Positions 18,651 to 28,556 of a stretch of 64,000 bases of DNA are shown here, piece after piece. How positions within the stretch are numbered: the first letter of the stretch is position 1; each line of letters starts with the position of its first letter. Below the pieces are notes generated by a model. That model was not told the origin of the DNA and ran no database searches. It was given only the letters and a program-made list of their open reading frames with translations. The position numbers and the translations under genes are program-made. The stretch spans positions 124,001 to 188,000 of the IMG/VR virus record IMGVR_UViG_3300034012_003212. The stretch is one strand, 5' to 3'.

Positions 18651-21139
18651 TTATGGAAAATAGAATACACACGTACGACGAAGCATTCGAAGCTTCAAAA
18701 GAATATTTTAACCAGGATGAGCTCGCTGCAAAGGTCTTCCTTGACAAGTACTCACTCAGGGATAATGATCAGAACATACTAGAGCCCACTCCCAGGGAGA
18801 TGCACAGGAGAATAGCATCAGAATTTGCGAGGATAGAAAAGAAAAAATTCAAGAAACCCCTATCAGAGGACGAGATATACTCACTCCTCGATGGGTTTAA
18901 ATACATCATACCGCAGGGAAGCCCGATGTTCGGAATCGGCAACTCACACCAGCTCGTATCACTTTCGAACTGTTATGTTGTTGATTCCCCTAAAGATAGT
19001 TACGGTGGAATTTTAAAAACGGACGAGGAACTCGCCCAGATCTCAAAGAGGCGTGGTGGTGTAGGGGTCGATATATCGACGCTCCGCCCCCAGGGATCCG
19101 GGGTGAAGAACGCAGCCCGAACAAGCACGGGGATAGTATCATGGATGGAAAGATATTCCAACACGATACGAGAAGTCGGCCAGTCAGGCCGCAGGGGCGC
19201 GCTCATGCTCACTGTAGATGTGGCGCACACAGATATAGAGAAATTCATAACGATAAAGAATGACGAGACGAAGGTTACAGGGGCTAACATTTCAGTCAGG
19301 CTATCGAACGAGTTCCTCAATGCCGTTGAGAATGGTGAAAAATTCAGATTGCGTTATCCAGTAGACGCACCTCCTAGCGATTCTGATAGATGGGTTGATG
19401 CAAAAGAATTATGGAACAAGATCATCCATAATGCATGGATGAGGGCAGAGCCGGGGCTCCTCTTCTGGGATGAGATAACATCACACAATATGGTCGATTG
19501 TTACAAGGAATTTGGGTTCCAGACGGTATCCACAAACCCATGTTCTGAGTTGCCATTGTGTACATACGACTCATGTAGGCTCATGGTTGTTAACCTATTT
19601 TCCTATGTTGAGAATCCTTTCACAAGCTCTGCTAAATTCAATTTCGAACTCTTTGAGAAGCACGTGTGGACATGCCAAAGGCTCATGGATGACATGATAG
19701 ATCTTGAACTTGAGAAGATAGATGGAATCTTGAAAAAGATAGAGTCAGATCCAGAGGATAATGAGACGAAAAAGGCAGAATATGACCTCTGGAAGAAGAT
19801 ACAAAAGAAATGTAAAGATGGAAGGCGAACAGGAACTGGAATCACTGCAACAGGGGACATGCTTGCTGCATTGGGTATTGCCTACGGAAGTGATGAAAGC
19901 ATTGATGTTGTTGATAGCATCCATAAGACGATGATGGTTGCATCATTTAGATCTTCGGTTGATATGGCAAAGGAACTCGGAGCATTCCCTGTGTGGAATT
20001 GGGACCTGGAAAAGGACACTTCATTTGCTCATGTCATAAAGAATGCAGACCTAGATCTGTATAATGATATCAAGAAATATGGCAGGAGAAATATCGCAAA
20101 CCTCACAATAGCTCCTACTGGATCTCTGTCAATACTCTCACAGACGACATCGGGAATAGAACCATTGTTCATGTTGTTCCCGTACACAAGGAGGAAGAAG
20201 ATAAATCCGAACGATGCAAATGCAAAGACCGACTTCGTGGATCCGAATGGAGACCACTGGCAGGAGTTCGAAGTTTACCACCCAAAGGTTAAGATGTGGA
20301 TGGATGTAACAGGCGAAACCGATCTCAAAAAATCACCATGGTTCGGTTACTGCGCAGAAGATATTGATTGGGTGAGGGCAGTGAAGCTGCAATCGGTGGC
20401 ACAGAAGTACATCGATCACGCTATATCAAAGACAGTTAACCTCCCTGAAGAAGTTACAGAGGAAGAGGTTGCAAAGATATACGAAGCAGCGTGGAAGATG
20501 GGTTGCAAAGGAATGACTGTGTATCGTAAGAATTGTAGGACCGGCGTTCTTGTTGAAAAGAAGACTGAAGCGCCAAAGAATGATGCGGTCATACAGAAGA
20601 ATAATGCTCCAAAGAGGCCAGAGTCTCTTCCAGGGGAAGCACACATAAGTAATATAAAAGGCCAGCCGTACTATGTGGTTGTGGGTCTTCTTGGAACAGA
20701 GCCGTATGAGATATTCACTGGAATGAACGAGCATCAAGAAGAATCAGCCGATAAGGGATCGGTGAACAAGATAATCCCTAAAAATGGAATGAGCGGAACT
20801 GTTATCAAGAAGAGTCGCGGAAACTATGTATTCCGTACAGAATCAGGCGACCACAAACTCACGAATGGGCACAATGATGAGAATGCTGATGCATTGTGTA
20901 GGATGATATCAACATCACTGAGGCACGGATCTGACATAGGATTTGTTGTCCACCAGTTGGAAAAGACGAAGGGCGATCTCATGTCTTTTGCAAAGGTTCT
21001 TGCGAGAATCCTAAAGAAGTATATCAAGGATGGAACTAAGGTGCACGGAGAAGAATGTCCGTCTTGTAGCGCGAATGAGGTTGAACGCGGTGATGGCTGC
21101 GTTATATGTAAATCCTGTGGTTGGACGAAGTGCGCATAA
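18647..21139 (+). CDS. nrdJ: Class II (B12-dependent) ribonucleotide reductase with C-terminal TSCPD/Zn-ribbon
   Basis: SLSNC, RRGA, TNPCSE, IAPTGS, TSGIEP and ISKTVN motifs; C-terminal CPSC...CKSCGWTKC. Confidence 0.92.
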   Translation: MIMENRIHTYDEAFEASKEYFNQDELAAKVFLDKYSLRDNDQNILEPTPREMHRRIASEFARIEKKKFKKPLSEDEIYSLLDGFKYIIPQGSPMFGIGNSHQLVSLSNCYVVDSPKDSYGGILKTDEELAQISKRRGGVGVDISTLRPQGSGVKNAARTSTGIVSWMERYSNTIREVGQSGRRGALMLTVDVAHTDIEKFITIKNDETKVTGANISVRLSNEFLNAVENGEKFRLRYPVDAPPSDSDRWVDAKELWNKIIHNAWMRAEPGLLFWDEITSHNMVDCYKEFGFQTVSTNPCSELPLCTYDSCRLMVVNLFSYVENPFTSSAKFNFELFEKHVWTCQRLMDDMIDLELEKIDGILKKIESDPEDNETKKAEYDLWKKIQKKCKDGRRTGTGITATGDMLAALGIAYGSDESIDVVDSIHKTMMVASFRSSVDMAKELGAFPVWNWDLEKDTSFAHVIKNADLDLYNDIKKYGRRNIANLTIAPTGSLSILSQTTSGIEPLFMLFPYTRRKKINPNDANAKTDFVDPNGDHWQEFEVYHPKVKMWMDVTGETDLKKSPWFGYCAEDIDWVRAVKLQSVAQKYIDHAISKTVNLPEEVTEEEVAKIYEAAWKMGCKGMTVYRKNCRTGVLVEKKTEAPKNDAVIQKNNAPKRPESLPGEAHISNIKGQPYYVVVGLLGTEPYEIFTGMNEHQEESADKGSVNKIIPKNGMSGTVIKKSRGNYVFRTESGDHKLTNGHNDENADALCRMISTSLRHGSDIGFVVHQLEKTKGDLMSFAKVLARILKKYIKDGTKVHGEECPSCSANEVERGDGCVICKSCGWTKCA

Positions 21140-21176
21140 AAAATATCTTTAGATATATAGAAAAAAAACAAACAAC

Positions 21177-21884
21177 ATGAAATACGTAAAGCTCTACGAA
21201 CAATGGAAACAAAGCAAAAATGCAAATCAAAGGGTCTATGAAGAAGAGGCGAACTTAGATAATAAACTAGGAAGCGTTTCTCTCAGCAGTCCTGATGAGG
21301 AAATGCAGACCATCAAAAACATTGATGCTAGTGATATTGCAACAATTTCCCAGTTCCAGGGATTGGATGGAAAAAAACAAGCGGCATTCTTGTACAAGAT
21401 GTTGATAGGTTCTTTGAAGAAATATATTGAATCAACTGATGAAAAGATAAAGGTTCACTTAACAATAGATGGGGAGACAAAGAAGGGCGGGTTGATAGTT
21501 GGAACCGATGATACAAAAACTGCAGCCGTGTACATTCTGCCCGCAATAGCATCACAGGAAGATGTTAAGAAGAAGATCAGTAACCTTAATGTTCAAGTTA
21601 TGCGCGTTCCTCCTGGAAGGAATCTGGATCTCATTGACACAAAACGTTCATATGAAACTACGCTGGGTGCGATTGCTAAGTATTTTTCTGAAAATTCAGA
21701 AGATCTATCATCTAAGTTTATAAGTGGTAACACGAATTTAGATGCATTGGCATCGACTATGGGAAAAGCTAAAGATGACTCTGCATTCAGCATGTCTTCT
21801 TATATAGCGCAAATTTCCGATAATTTTGAATCAATGACAAATTCAAATAATTTTGCACCTAAAGAGACTAAGGTGAATCCTTAA
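21177..21884 (+). CDS. Hypothetical protein with capsid-targeting-like N-terminus
   Basis: Starts MKYVKLYEQW; GATATATAG at 21152-21160. Confidence 0.65.
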   Translation: MKYVKLYEQWKQSKNANQRVYEEEANLDNKLGSVSLSSPDEEMQTIKNIDASDIATISQFQGLDGKKQAAFLYKMLIGSLKKYIESTDEKIKVHLTIDGETKKGGLIVGTDDTKTAAVYILPAIASQEDVKKKISNLNVQVMRVPPGRNLDLIDTKRSYETTLGAIAKYFSENSEDLSSKFISGNTNLDALASTMGKAKDDSAFSMSSYIAQISDNFESMTNSNNFAPKETKVNP

Positions 21885-21920
21885 AATAAATTATTATTTA
21901 GGAAAAATGGGTCAAGGAAA

Positions 21921-22490
21921 TTAATCCTCGACCCATTTTCCGTTTTTATCCTTTACCCAATTACTGAAGAATACTATGTAGCATGACATTGCTCTATTTT
22001 TTTCACTATAATAGTATCCAAGACAAAAATATCTATATTTAGAGTCGTTTACCATAATTTCTTTGTGTCTTGGAGATCCATCAAATCCTACAATAACTGT
22101 TTCATAGTCTAATTTATTGAAATCCTTTTTATAGGAGGAAAACGCTACTATTTCTGCTATATAATTGAAATGATTGTATTTGTATATTGGCCCTTTGATC
22201 CTTTTATTAAAATCAAAATGTGGGCATGCCGAATCTTCTTCATTTAAGGTAAATTTCAGAGAAAGGTTTCGGTTTTCAATGAAGTCTTTGGCCCATTCTC
22301 GAATCAGATAGTTGTATTGATCCTCATACTTTTGCTCCTTAAGACCTCTGACTTTTCTATACTCTAATAGTCTCACGGCAATACTATCTTCCATTGACTT
22401 GAAAACAACGGTATCGATACCGCGTGGATCGATCTGGGAGAATAGTGGAGCGCTACAGAGCGCCAAAATGAATACAACTATCTTTTTCAT
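21921..22490 (-). CDS. Secreted CAP/SCP-like domain protein (paralogue 1)
   Basis: Signal peptide MKKIVVFILALCSAPLFSQ; YR...GL, CPHFDF, AEI and SPRHKEIM CAP-like motifs. Confidence 0.6.
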   Translation of the reverse strand: MKKIVVFILALCSAPLFSQIDPRGIDTVVFKSMEDSIAVRLLEYRKVRGLKEQKYEDQYNYLIREWAKDFIENRNLSLKFTLNEEDSACPHFDFNKRIKGPIYKYNHFNYIAEIVAFSSYKKDFNKLDYETVIVGFDGSPRHKEIMVNDSKYRYFCLGYYYSEKNRAMSCYIVFFSNWVKDKNGKWVED

Positions 22491-22508
22491 AACATCCTCG
22501 CATGATCT

Positions 22509-22590
22509 TGGTTGAACCATCTAGTGCAAACATAAGAAACTTCACACAAGAAAAAAACTTTTTTTCAGCTTTTTCAAAAATATTTTTTCT
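22509..22590 (-). promoter_or_regulatory. Repeated promoter cassette copy 1 (TATGTTTG -7 element)
   Basis: About 75-bp block near-identical to those at ~23184-23252 and ~23971-24050. Confidence 0.75.
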
Positions 22591-23162
22591 GTTTTGGTGA
22601 AATCCGTTCTTCGTATCCGTACTCAGTAAAGAACAATACATAGCAGCTCCATACCCCCTTATCCTTATTATAGTAAAATCCAACGGAGAAAGAGGTTGGC
22701 CATGAAGATGACATAGCTTGTTTGTGTTTAGGGGAACCATCAAAATTATTTATGACGCTCTTGAATATCCTACTGCTAATCTTAGTGTTTTTGAGAGCGG
22801 AGAATTGGGCGATCTCTTGAACTCTTTCAAACCTTGTTATGTAAATTCTATTAGTTATCTCAGTTCTTTCATCAAAATTAAAATGAGGACATCTGCTATC
22901 ATATTTCTCCAGAGTAAAGTACAGTTCACCATTCCTTACTTCTAGGAAATTTTCACACCACTGACGAACTATTGGATTGTATTCTTCCTTATAGCAGATT
23001 GTGGTTAATCCAAGTTTTTCTCGGTAGTTCAAAACTCTAAGTGCAATACTATCCTCAACCTCCTTTGGATTTGTATACCCCCCATGTTTCATCCCAGCCG
23101 GCCCCAAATACAGGTAAAAGCATAATACTTTGTACTGCGATGTATAGTAATAACATTTTCAT
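22574..23162 (-). pseudogene. CAP/SCP-like paralogue 2 with frameshifted signal-peptide region
   Basis: Body (EDSIALRV, CPHFNF, SPKHKQAM) is intact in 22574-23107; the upstream ATG at 23162 (MKMLLLYIAV) is out of frame. Confidence 0.5.
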
Positions 23163-23183
23163 CGTATAGCCTTTGTTTTTGAG

Positions 23184-23252
23184 TGAACTATCTGGTGCAA
23201 ACATAAGAAACTTCACACTAGAAAAAAACTTTTTTTGAACTTTTTGAAAAAA
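23184..23252 (-). promoter_or_regulatory. Repeated promoter cassette copy 2
   Basis: TATGTTTG at 23198-23205 within the repeated block. Confidence 0.75.
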
Positions 23253-23382
23253 ATATCAAAGTATGTTAAGTATATGAAAAACAACATCTTAGCTTTTCGA
23301 AAGTTCAAAGTCGAACAGTTCTATGGAATTCATAACCCATTGGGGGTATATATCAATGGAATTTATCCATTGTTCCGTGTAA

Positions 23383-23952
23383 CTACTCTTTGACCCACTT
23401 CTTTACATCACCTCTAACCCACTCCGAAAAGAAGAAGATGTAGCACACATACGATCTTACTTTTTCACTGTAGTAATAACCGATTGTAAATTTGGAGTAA
23501 TCTTCACTCACCATGATCTCTTTGTGTAATTTTGAATGATCAAAATCTTCCACGAAAAATGAAATATAACGTTCATTAAAATCATCTCTGCATGAGCTGA
23601 ATATTACAATTTCTGCAACAGATGCAACCCTTGTAACCCTATTCATAGTATTCATAACTCTGTTTTCAAAATCAAAATGTGTACATGCAGTATCACCCTC
23701 GTTCCTGGTGAATCGAAGTTTTGGGTTTCTTCTGTCCAAAAAGTCTTTCCCCCAGTGCCTGATGATGGGATTGTACACATCCATATAGCATTGTTCCTTA
23801 AGACCTTTCTCTTTACGGTATAACATCAATTTCTTTGCAATGCTGTCTTCCATTCTTTTGAAAAGAGCATCATTGATGATAACAGAGTCCTGGGCAAATG
23901 AACCAACGCTCAAGGCGATGAAAGCAAGAATCAAGATTCCTTTGGTTTTCAT
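23383..23952 (-). CDS. Secreted CAP/SCP-like domain protein (paralogue 3)
   Basis: Signal peptide MKTKGILILAFIALSVGSFAQ; MEDSIA, CTHFDF, AEI and SKLHKEIM motifs. Confidence 0.6.
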   Translation of the reverse strand: MKTKGILILAFIALSVGSFAQDSVIINDALFKRMEDSIAKKLMLYRKEKGLKEQCYMDVYNPIIRHWGKDFLDRRNPKLRFTRNEGDTACTHFDFENRVMNTMNRVTRVASVAEIVIFSSCRDDFNERYISFFVEDFDHSKLHKEIMVSEDYSKFTIGYYYSEKVRSYVCYIFFFSEWVRGDVKKWVKE

Positions 23953-23970
23953 GATGATCTCCTGTATGAT

Positions 23971-24050
23971 TGGTTGAACTATCTGGTGCAAACATAAGAA
24001 ACTTCACACGAGAAAAAAAACTTTTTTTGAACTTTTTGAAAATTTTTTTT
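23971..24050 (-). promoter_or_regulatory. Repeated promoter cassette copy 3
   Basis: TATGTTTG at 23989-23996 within the repeated block. Confidence 0.75.
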
Positions 24051-24120
24051 CGGGTACATGCTAGAACAGATTCCATGTAACGCTGTGAACAAACACCCCA
24101 GTTTGTGATATATAGGAAAT

Positions 24121-25905
24121 ATGAGCAGTTTTGAACAAAAGGGAACAACACCTATGTCATTGGAAAAGAACAAGAAAGGCCTATACCACCTTGATGAACT
24201 CGTTCGCAATGCGTCCGAGGAATATCTCCACGACCTACTTGATTCGCATATTGTCGTCACCGAGAAACTTGATGCGGCAAGGATACTATTTGAGTTCACG
24301 GACGATGGTGTCCACATATGGAGGAAGGACGACAGGACTCCTATGTCAATCATAGACCGAACTCTCATGAGGTACTATGAGAAGGCTATAGATCACATAA
24401 CTAGAATAACAGATTCGGTAAATGTGCCCAAGGGAACTAAGTTCGGGTGCTATTATTTCACAGATTCTGCATTGAAACTCGGGTGGTACAGCAGGGCTCC
24501 GAAGAATAACATAGTACTCACTGATGTGAGGATGATACTTGATGGCGTTGAGCAGATATTCGATGATCCTCAGACACTTAAAAAATGGGCAGGAGAACTT
24601 GCAATAGAGCCCATGCCGCATATATTCATAGGAAGACTCAATGATTCTCAAAAGAAACGGATCATTGAGCTCGCAAAAATGACTCCACACGATCTTGAGA
24701 ATGCTCTTGACGGAAAGACATTCTCAGAAAAACTCATAAACATACTCAATCCGGACGCTGGTTCATCGTTCCTCCGAAAGCATGGAGTGTATAATGTTGA
24801 TGCACTTATATTCAGGTTCAAGACTGATAAAGGTAAAACGGTAACAGCAAAGTCGATAGATGATGCATTTCAGCGGTTGTCGTTCTACAATCAACCGAAA
24901 GAAGATAGAATCCCATCTGATTTATATTCTATAGCACTTATGGAAATATGTGCATTCGTGACAGAAAAAGGCCTCGAGGACTACACTCTTAAAGAGAGGA
25001 CAACCGACTTTAGGTACCTTGAACTCGTGTGCATGATGTTCAATGATTTCATAGAGGCTAATATGGAAAGATACGACGGGGTTGATTTCTCTGAGCCGGA
25101 GTTCATGAAATCCAATGATTTTGAGATGAATTCCCGTTTTATAGAAAATGAAAAGACACTGAAGTTCATAAAGAGTAGCAGGACATTCGAACAGCTTTTT
25201 AAGATCATGCTAGCGGGTATGAGGAAAAAAAGACGCAGACCATATGGTCTCATGACTCAGCGCATGGTATCCGAGATAAATCTCTTGATCGATGCTATAC
25301 AGGAAAAGGTGCAACCCCCTGTGGTGGAAGGGTTCATGGACTTCGCAACATTCAGGGTGTTCAGGGATGATAACATGCAGCCAGTTGTATTTGAGCCCGA
25401 TACTGTGTATGCGGATATGCCAGAGGTGAAAAACATATTGTTCACAAGAAGACAGTTCTTCACAAGTGAAATGGATGCGATTGCAAAGAATGAATGTGGA
25501 AAAAATCGACTAATGTGCGTGATGTTCCCGGATAATGAATCACTTGTTTTCCCCTTTGAGTGTGTTGAGGACCAAGTTTCATCAGCATCAGAGTCCCTTC
25601 CGAAAGAAGTCAGCATTGCATGTGTGAGAACTGAAGAGGAACTTCTGGAAACAATTGAGGACCAAAAGAAGGATTGTGAAGTAGGAACAATAATGTGTGA
25701 GACCGATGATATGGAATACCTGCAGAATCTCTTTCCTTGGGCCGAGATCAGAGACATTGGAAGGCTAACATCAGAGGATAACATCGTAAGCTGCATAGAG
25801 CGAGATGATTTCTCGAGATTCAAGACCCTTTGCCCTTCATTCATCTGTAAACTTTTCATAAGAATGCAGGGAAAGTACACTGGAAACATCCAGTATAATA
25901 TATAA
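24121..25905 (+). CDS. Ligase-like nucleotidyltransferase domain fused to a degenerate cytidylyltransferase-like domain
   Basis: VTEKLDA resembles ligase motif I KxDG; C-terminal TSEDNIVSCIERDDFSRFKTLCP resembles phage cytidylyltransferase C-termini; GATATATAG at 24107-24115. Confidence 0.5.
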   Translation: MSSFEQKGTTPMSLEKNKKGLYHLDELVRNASEEYLHDLLDSHIVVTEKLDAARILFEFTDDGVHIWRKDDRTPMSIIDRTLMRYYEKAIDHITRITDSVNVPKGTKFGCYYFTDSALKLGWYSRAPKNNIVLTDVRMILDGVEQIFDDPQTLKKWAGELAIEPMPHIFIGRLNDSQKKRIIELAKMTPHDLENALDGKTFSEKLINILNPDAGSSFLRKHGVYNVDALIFRFKTDKGKTVTAKSIDDAFQRLSFYNQPKEDRIPSDLYSIALMEICAFVTEKGLEDYTLKERTTDFRYLELVCMMFNDFIEANMERYDGVDFSEPEFMKSNDFEMNSRFIENEKTLKFIKSSRTFEQLFKIMLAGMRKKRRRPYGLMTQRMVSEINLLIDAIQEKVQPPVVEGFMDFATFRVFRDDNMQPVVFEPDTVYADMPEVKNILFTRRQFFTSEMDAIAKNECGKNRLMCVMFPDNESLVFPFECVEDQVSSASESLPKEVSIACVRTEEELLETIEDQKKDCEVGTIMCETDDMEYLQNLFPWAEIRDIGRLTSEDNIVSCIERDDFSRFKTLCPSFICKLFIRMQGKYTGNIQYNI

Positions 25906-25925
25906 TCAATGAAAGGGCACACACT

Positions 25926-26543
25926 ATGTTTTTAAACGCCAGATATAACCAGTTCAAGTTTTTCCTCCCGAAGGATTTTCTCTACAGATCAGTCGAAGAG
26001 AAATACGAGGATCACCTTAAGCAGATGTCAGTGCCGTACAAATCTGTGATAGATTTTCTCAATTCTACTATAAAGTCCATAACTTTTCCTGGAGTTCAGG
26101 GCGGGGGCACTGTTACGCAATACCAAGCAGCAAAACGCGTGAATTACCGGCAAGCGTTCAAGTTCAATCAGATAGTGAACCGAGATTTTACAGTAACATT
26201 CAGGATGGTAGATGCATATCTCAACTACTGGCTCATGTATGAACAGCTGATGAAATACACAAATTACGAGGACGAGGATGTGGCACAACAGCTTGATGTT
26301 CCGCTTATTAACAATGAATTCTTCCCCGACTTTGAGGTGCAATATCTGACGAGCGATGGGGAGGTTGGAATTCTGCAAAGGCTCAGGCAGATAGTGTACA
26401 CTGGAATAAGTGACTTGACACCATCGTACAACGATATATCAAATGCGACGAGGGACTTCACATGCAGGTTTTCGTTTAACTATCTTGAGCTCCAGGTCCA
26501 TCCGATGAGCTACGATTACAACAACATGAACATATACAAATAA
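25926..26543 (+). CDS. Tail tube/baseplate tube-like structural protein
   Basis: ITFPG, FTVTFRMVD..NYW and FTCRFSFNYLE pattern of gp19/gp54-like folds; AATATATA upstream. Confidence 0.45.
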   Translation: MFLNARYNQFKFFLPKDFLYRSVEEKYEDHLKQMSVPYKSVIDFLNSTIKSITFPGVQGGGTVTQYQAAKRVNYRQAFKFNQIVNRDFTVTFRMVDAYLNYWLMYEQLMKYTNYEDEDVAQQLDVPLINNEFFPDFEVQYLTSDGEVGILQRLRQIVYTGISDLTPSYNDISNATRDFTCRFSFNYLELQVHPMSYDYNNMNIYK

Positions 26544-26544
26544 G

Positions 26545-26787
26545 ATGCTAGAAGTAAACTACAGAGACTATGTGCTGCACAGGAAAGATAACCTACTGAA
26601 CCGAGGTTATGATTGGAGAGGGAACATACTCAAAAGGAGTATTAGTCCTTACTTTTTTTCAAGTCTTACTCGGACATTGACCATTCTTCAGCTCGAGAGG
26701 ATGCTTAATTACATACTCGATTCGGTGAAGATAATCAAAAAGAGCTTCTACTGGACGTATGAGAAAAGCTTCAGGGACTTCAATTGA
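26545..26787 (+). CDS. Hypothetical protein
   Basis: 80-aa ORF tightly packed in the operon. Confidence 0.6.
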   Translation: MLEVNYRDYVLHRKDNLLNRGYDWRGNILKRSISPYFFSSLTRTLTILQLERMLNYILDSVKIIKKSFYWTYEKSFRDFN

Positions 26788-26805
26788 TTTTAGAGGTGTT
26801 GGACT

Positions 26806-27366
26806 ATGAGAAAAAAGATACTGTTGTCCAAGAGTCAAGGGGATGTGACTATAGAACCCTGGCTCAGGGGTTTGGGGTTTGAGGTAGTGCCTCCTGGCAC
26901 AAGAGTGGATTCTTGGCTGCATGGAGTCGTTATAGGTGGAGGTTCTGATCCTAACAAGAAGGACGAGAAGAGGGACCGTTTAGAGCATGAACTTGTGATC
27001 ATGGCAGTAAAGGAAAGGATACCATGTCTTGGAATATGCCGCGGATCTGAAATCGTCTCGCTCTGGGGTAATGGAAGGTTGGAACCCATGTCAGATCAAC
27101 AGGCGCCATCACACAGGAATACTTGGCATGACGTTGTTGTGGATTACAGGACAATAAAGGGAGTCCTTAAACTATGGAGCAATCACCACCTTAAATTTGT
27201 AGATCCTGGAAAAATGAGAGCATGTGCCTGGTCCGGGGATGGTCTCATCGAAGCACTGATAAAAGAGGATGATAGAGTCCTAGGAGTTCTATGGCACCCT
27301 GAGAAGAGCGATGATGACGGAATAAGCAGTGTGGTTCCCTGGTTAGAATGGGTACACTCGCGTTAG
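26806..27366 (+). CDS. Class I glutamine amidotransferase-like protein (peptidase C26/PuuD family)
   Basis: IGGGSD, RD..E, LGICRG nucleophile elbow, WHPE. Confidence 0.88.
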   Translation: MRKKILLSKSQGDVTIEPWLRGLGFEVVPPGTRVDSWLHGVVIGGGSDPNKKDEKRDRLEHELVIMAVKERIPCLGICRGSEIVSLWGNGRLEPMSDQQAPSHRNTWHDVVVDYRTIKGVLKLWSNHHLKFVDPGKMRACAWSGDGLIEALIKEDDRVLGVLWHPEKSDDDGISSVVPWLEWVHSR

Positions 27367-27378
27367 TACTAATGCGTC

Positions 27379-28191
27379 CTAGTAGTCTTCATCTTCTTCT
27401 TCTTCATCATCGTCGTCTCCCACAGAAAATCTACCCTGCATAACATCCCTACAGAAACCATATTGGTTCATCTCATAATCACCGAAGAAGAAACTATCTG
27501 TTTTTATTTGTTCCGTAGATAGCAAAGATGCCAGTTCTTCAAGCTGCCAATCATCATCTCTACGATATATGTCTTCCATTGCCCTTTCATAATCACGTGC
27601 ACTGTGGACTTCTTCAACTACATTAAAAATTGTGCATGATACTATTGTGCCATCTCCTAGATCAATTTTTTCAATAAAAATGTAATCAAAACTAAGTGAA
27701 AGATCCCCTATGAATGATTGTCTATCTATGATCAATTTATTTCCAGAAAATTCTAACTCTAGGCAGTAACAAACGTCCATCCTAAGAGAACCCGATGATA
27801 TTATGGTATTTGCAACTATTGGGAAATCAAAACTGTGAGTCCTATTTCCCACATATACCTCTCCATGCACACCCATTGTTTTTGGGACTGAAAAATTACT
27901 TCCTGTGTTTCTTAAATTAACACGGGTGCCCTGACGCACTTTAATAGTATTGACTTTGTTTTCAGATATGTTTTTCATCTTTCGGTTTACCCTACTTTTT
28001 TTTGAATTCCATGGAAAGTTTTTAGCTGATATTCCCTTAGGACCCAATCCCCTTTCCATCCAACTTGCATACTCACCTGCAATTTTCTTTTTCTTTTTAC
28101 CTTTTATGTCATACAGTGATTTTTCCAGATCTATCTCATCATTTTTCATTCCAATATTTATGAGTCTTGATTTCTTTGGTCTACTTTTCAT
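27379..28191 (-). CDS. Hypothetical protein with basic N-terminus and acidic C-terminus
   Basis: Likely start MKSRPKK at 28191, since the longer ORF overlaps bS21. Confidence 0.55.
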   Translation of the reverse strand: MKSRPKKSRLINIGMKNDEIDLEKSLYDIKGKKKKKIAGEYASWMERGLGPKGISAKNFPWNSKKSRVNRKMKNISENKVNTIKVRQGTRVNLRNTGSNFSVPKTMGVHGEVYVGNRTHSFDFPIVANTIISSGSLRMDVCYCLELEFSGNKLIIDRQSFIGDLSLSFDYIFIEKIDLGDGTIVSCTIFNVVEEVHSARDYERAMEDIYRRDDDWQLEELASLLSTEQIKTDSFFFGDYEMNQYGFCRDVMQGRFSVGDDDDEEEEDEDY

Positions 28192-28263
28192 GATCTGTTT
28201 GTTTTTTGGGATACGCTGCTGGCAATTAACAATACATTCTGTTTTGAATAGAATCGTTATGTG

Positions 28264-28273
28264 GATATATATC
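28264..28273. promoter_or_regulatory. Palindromic GATATATATC, putative bidirectional late promoter
   Basis: Perfect palindrome containing the late motif on both strands, between divergent genes. Confidence 0.5.
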
Positions 28274-28303
28274 ACCAGATGTACAATATAACAGAAATAG
28301 TAT

Positions 28304-28522
28304 ATGAACGATAGATCGATGGGCAACATGGGCGTTACTGTTGCAAAAGGGGAATCCATAGATAAAGCGCTTCGCCGGTTTAAGCGTAAGGTAGATTCAA
28401 CAAAGGTACTTAAAGAATACAAAGAAAGACAAGAATACACAAAACCTAGTATTAAGAAAAGACTGAAGAAGATGAGAGCAAAGCAGCGTCAGAGGGAAAT
28501 CGATATGTACTCTGCTGATTGA
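28304..28522 (+). CDS. rpsU: Ribosomal protein bS21 (phage-encoded)
   Basis: GESIDKALRRFKRK...ERQEYTKPSIKKR signature; the true start may be 28328. Confidence 0.93.
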   Translation: MNDRSMGNMGVTVAKGESIDKALRRFKRKVDSTKVLKEYKERQEYTKPSIKKRLKKMRAKQRQREIDMYSAD

Positions 28523-28556
28523 TGTGGTGTTTACCGAAAAATAAAATAACAACTGT

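Noticed and set aside
18560-18700. Intron, intein or frameshift continuing the DNA polymerase
   Set aside because: The stop overlaps an intact nrdJ start, and no motif B/C coding or splicing elements follow.
28192-28440. N-terminal extension of the 353-aa minus-strand ORF
   Set aside because: It overlaps bS21 antisense and the promoter motif; the real start is more likely 28191.
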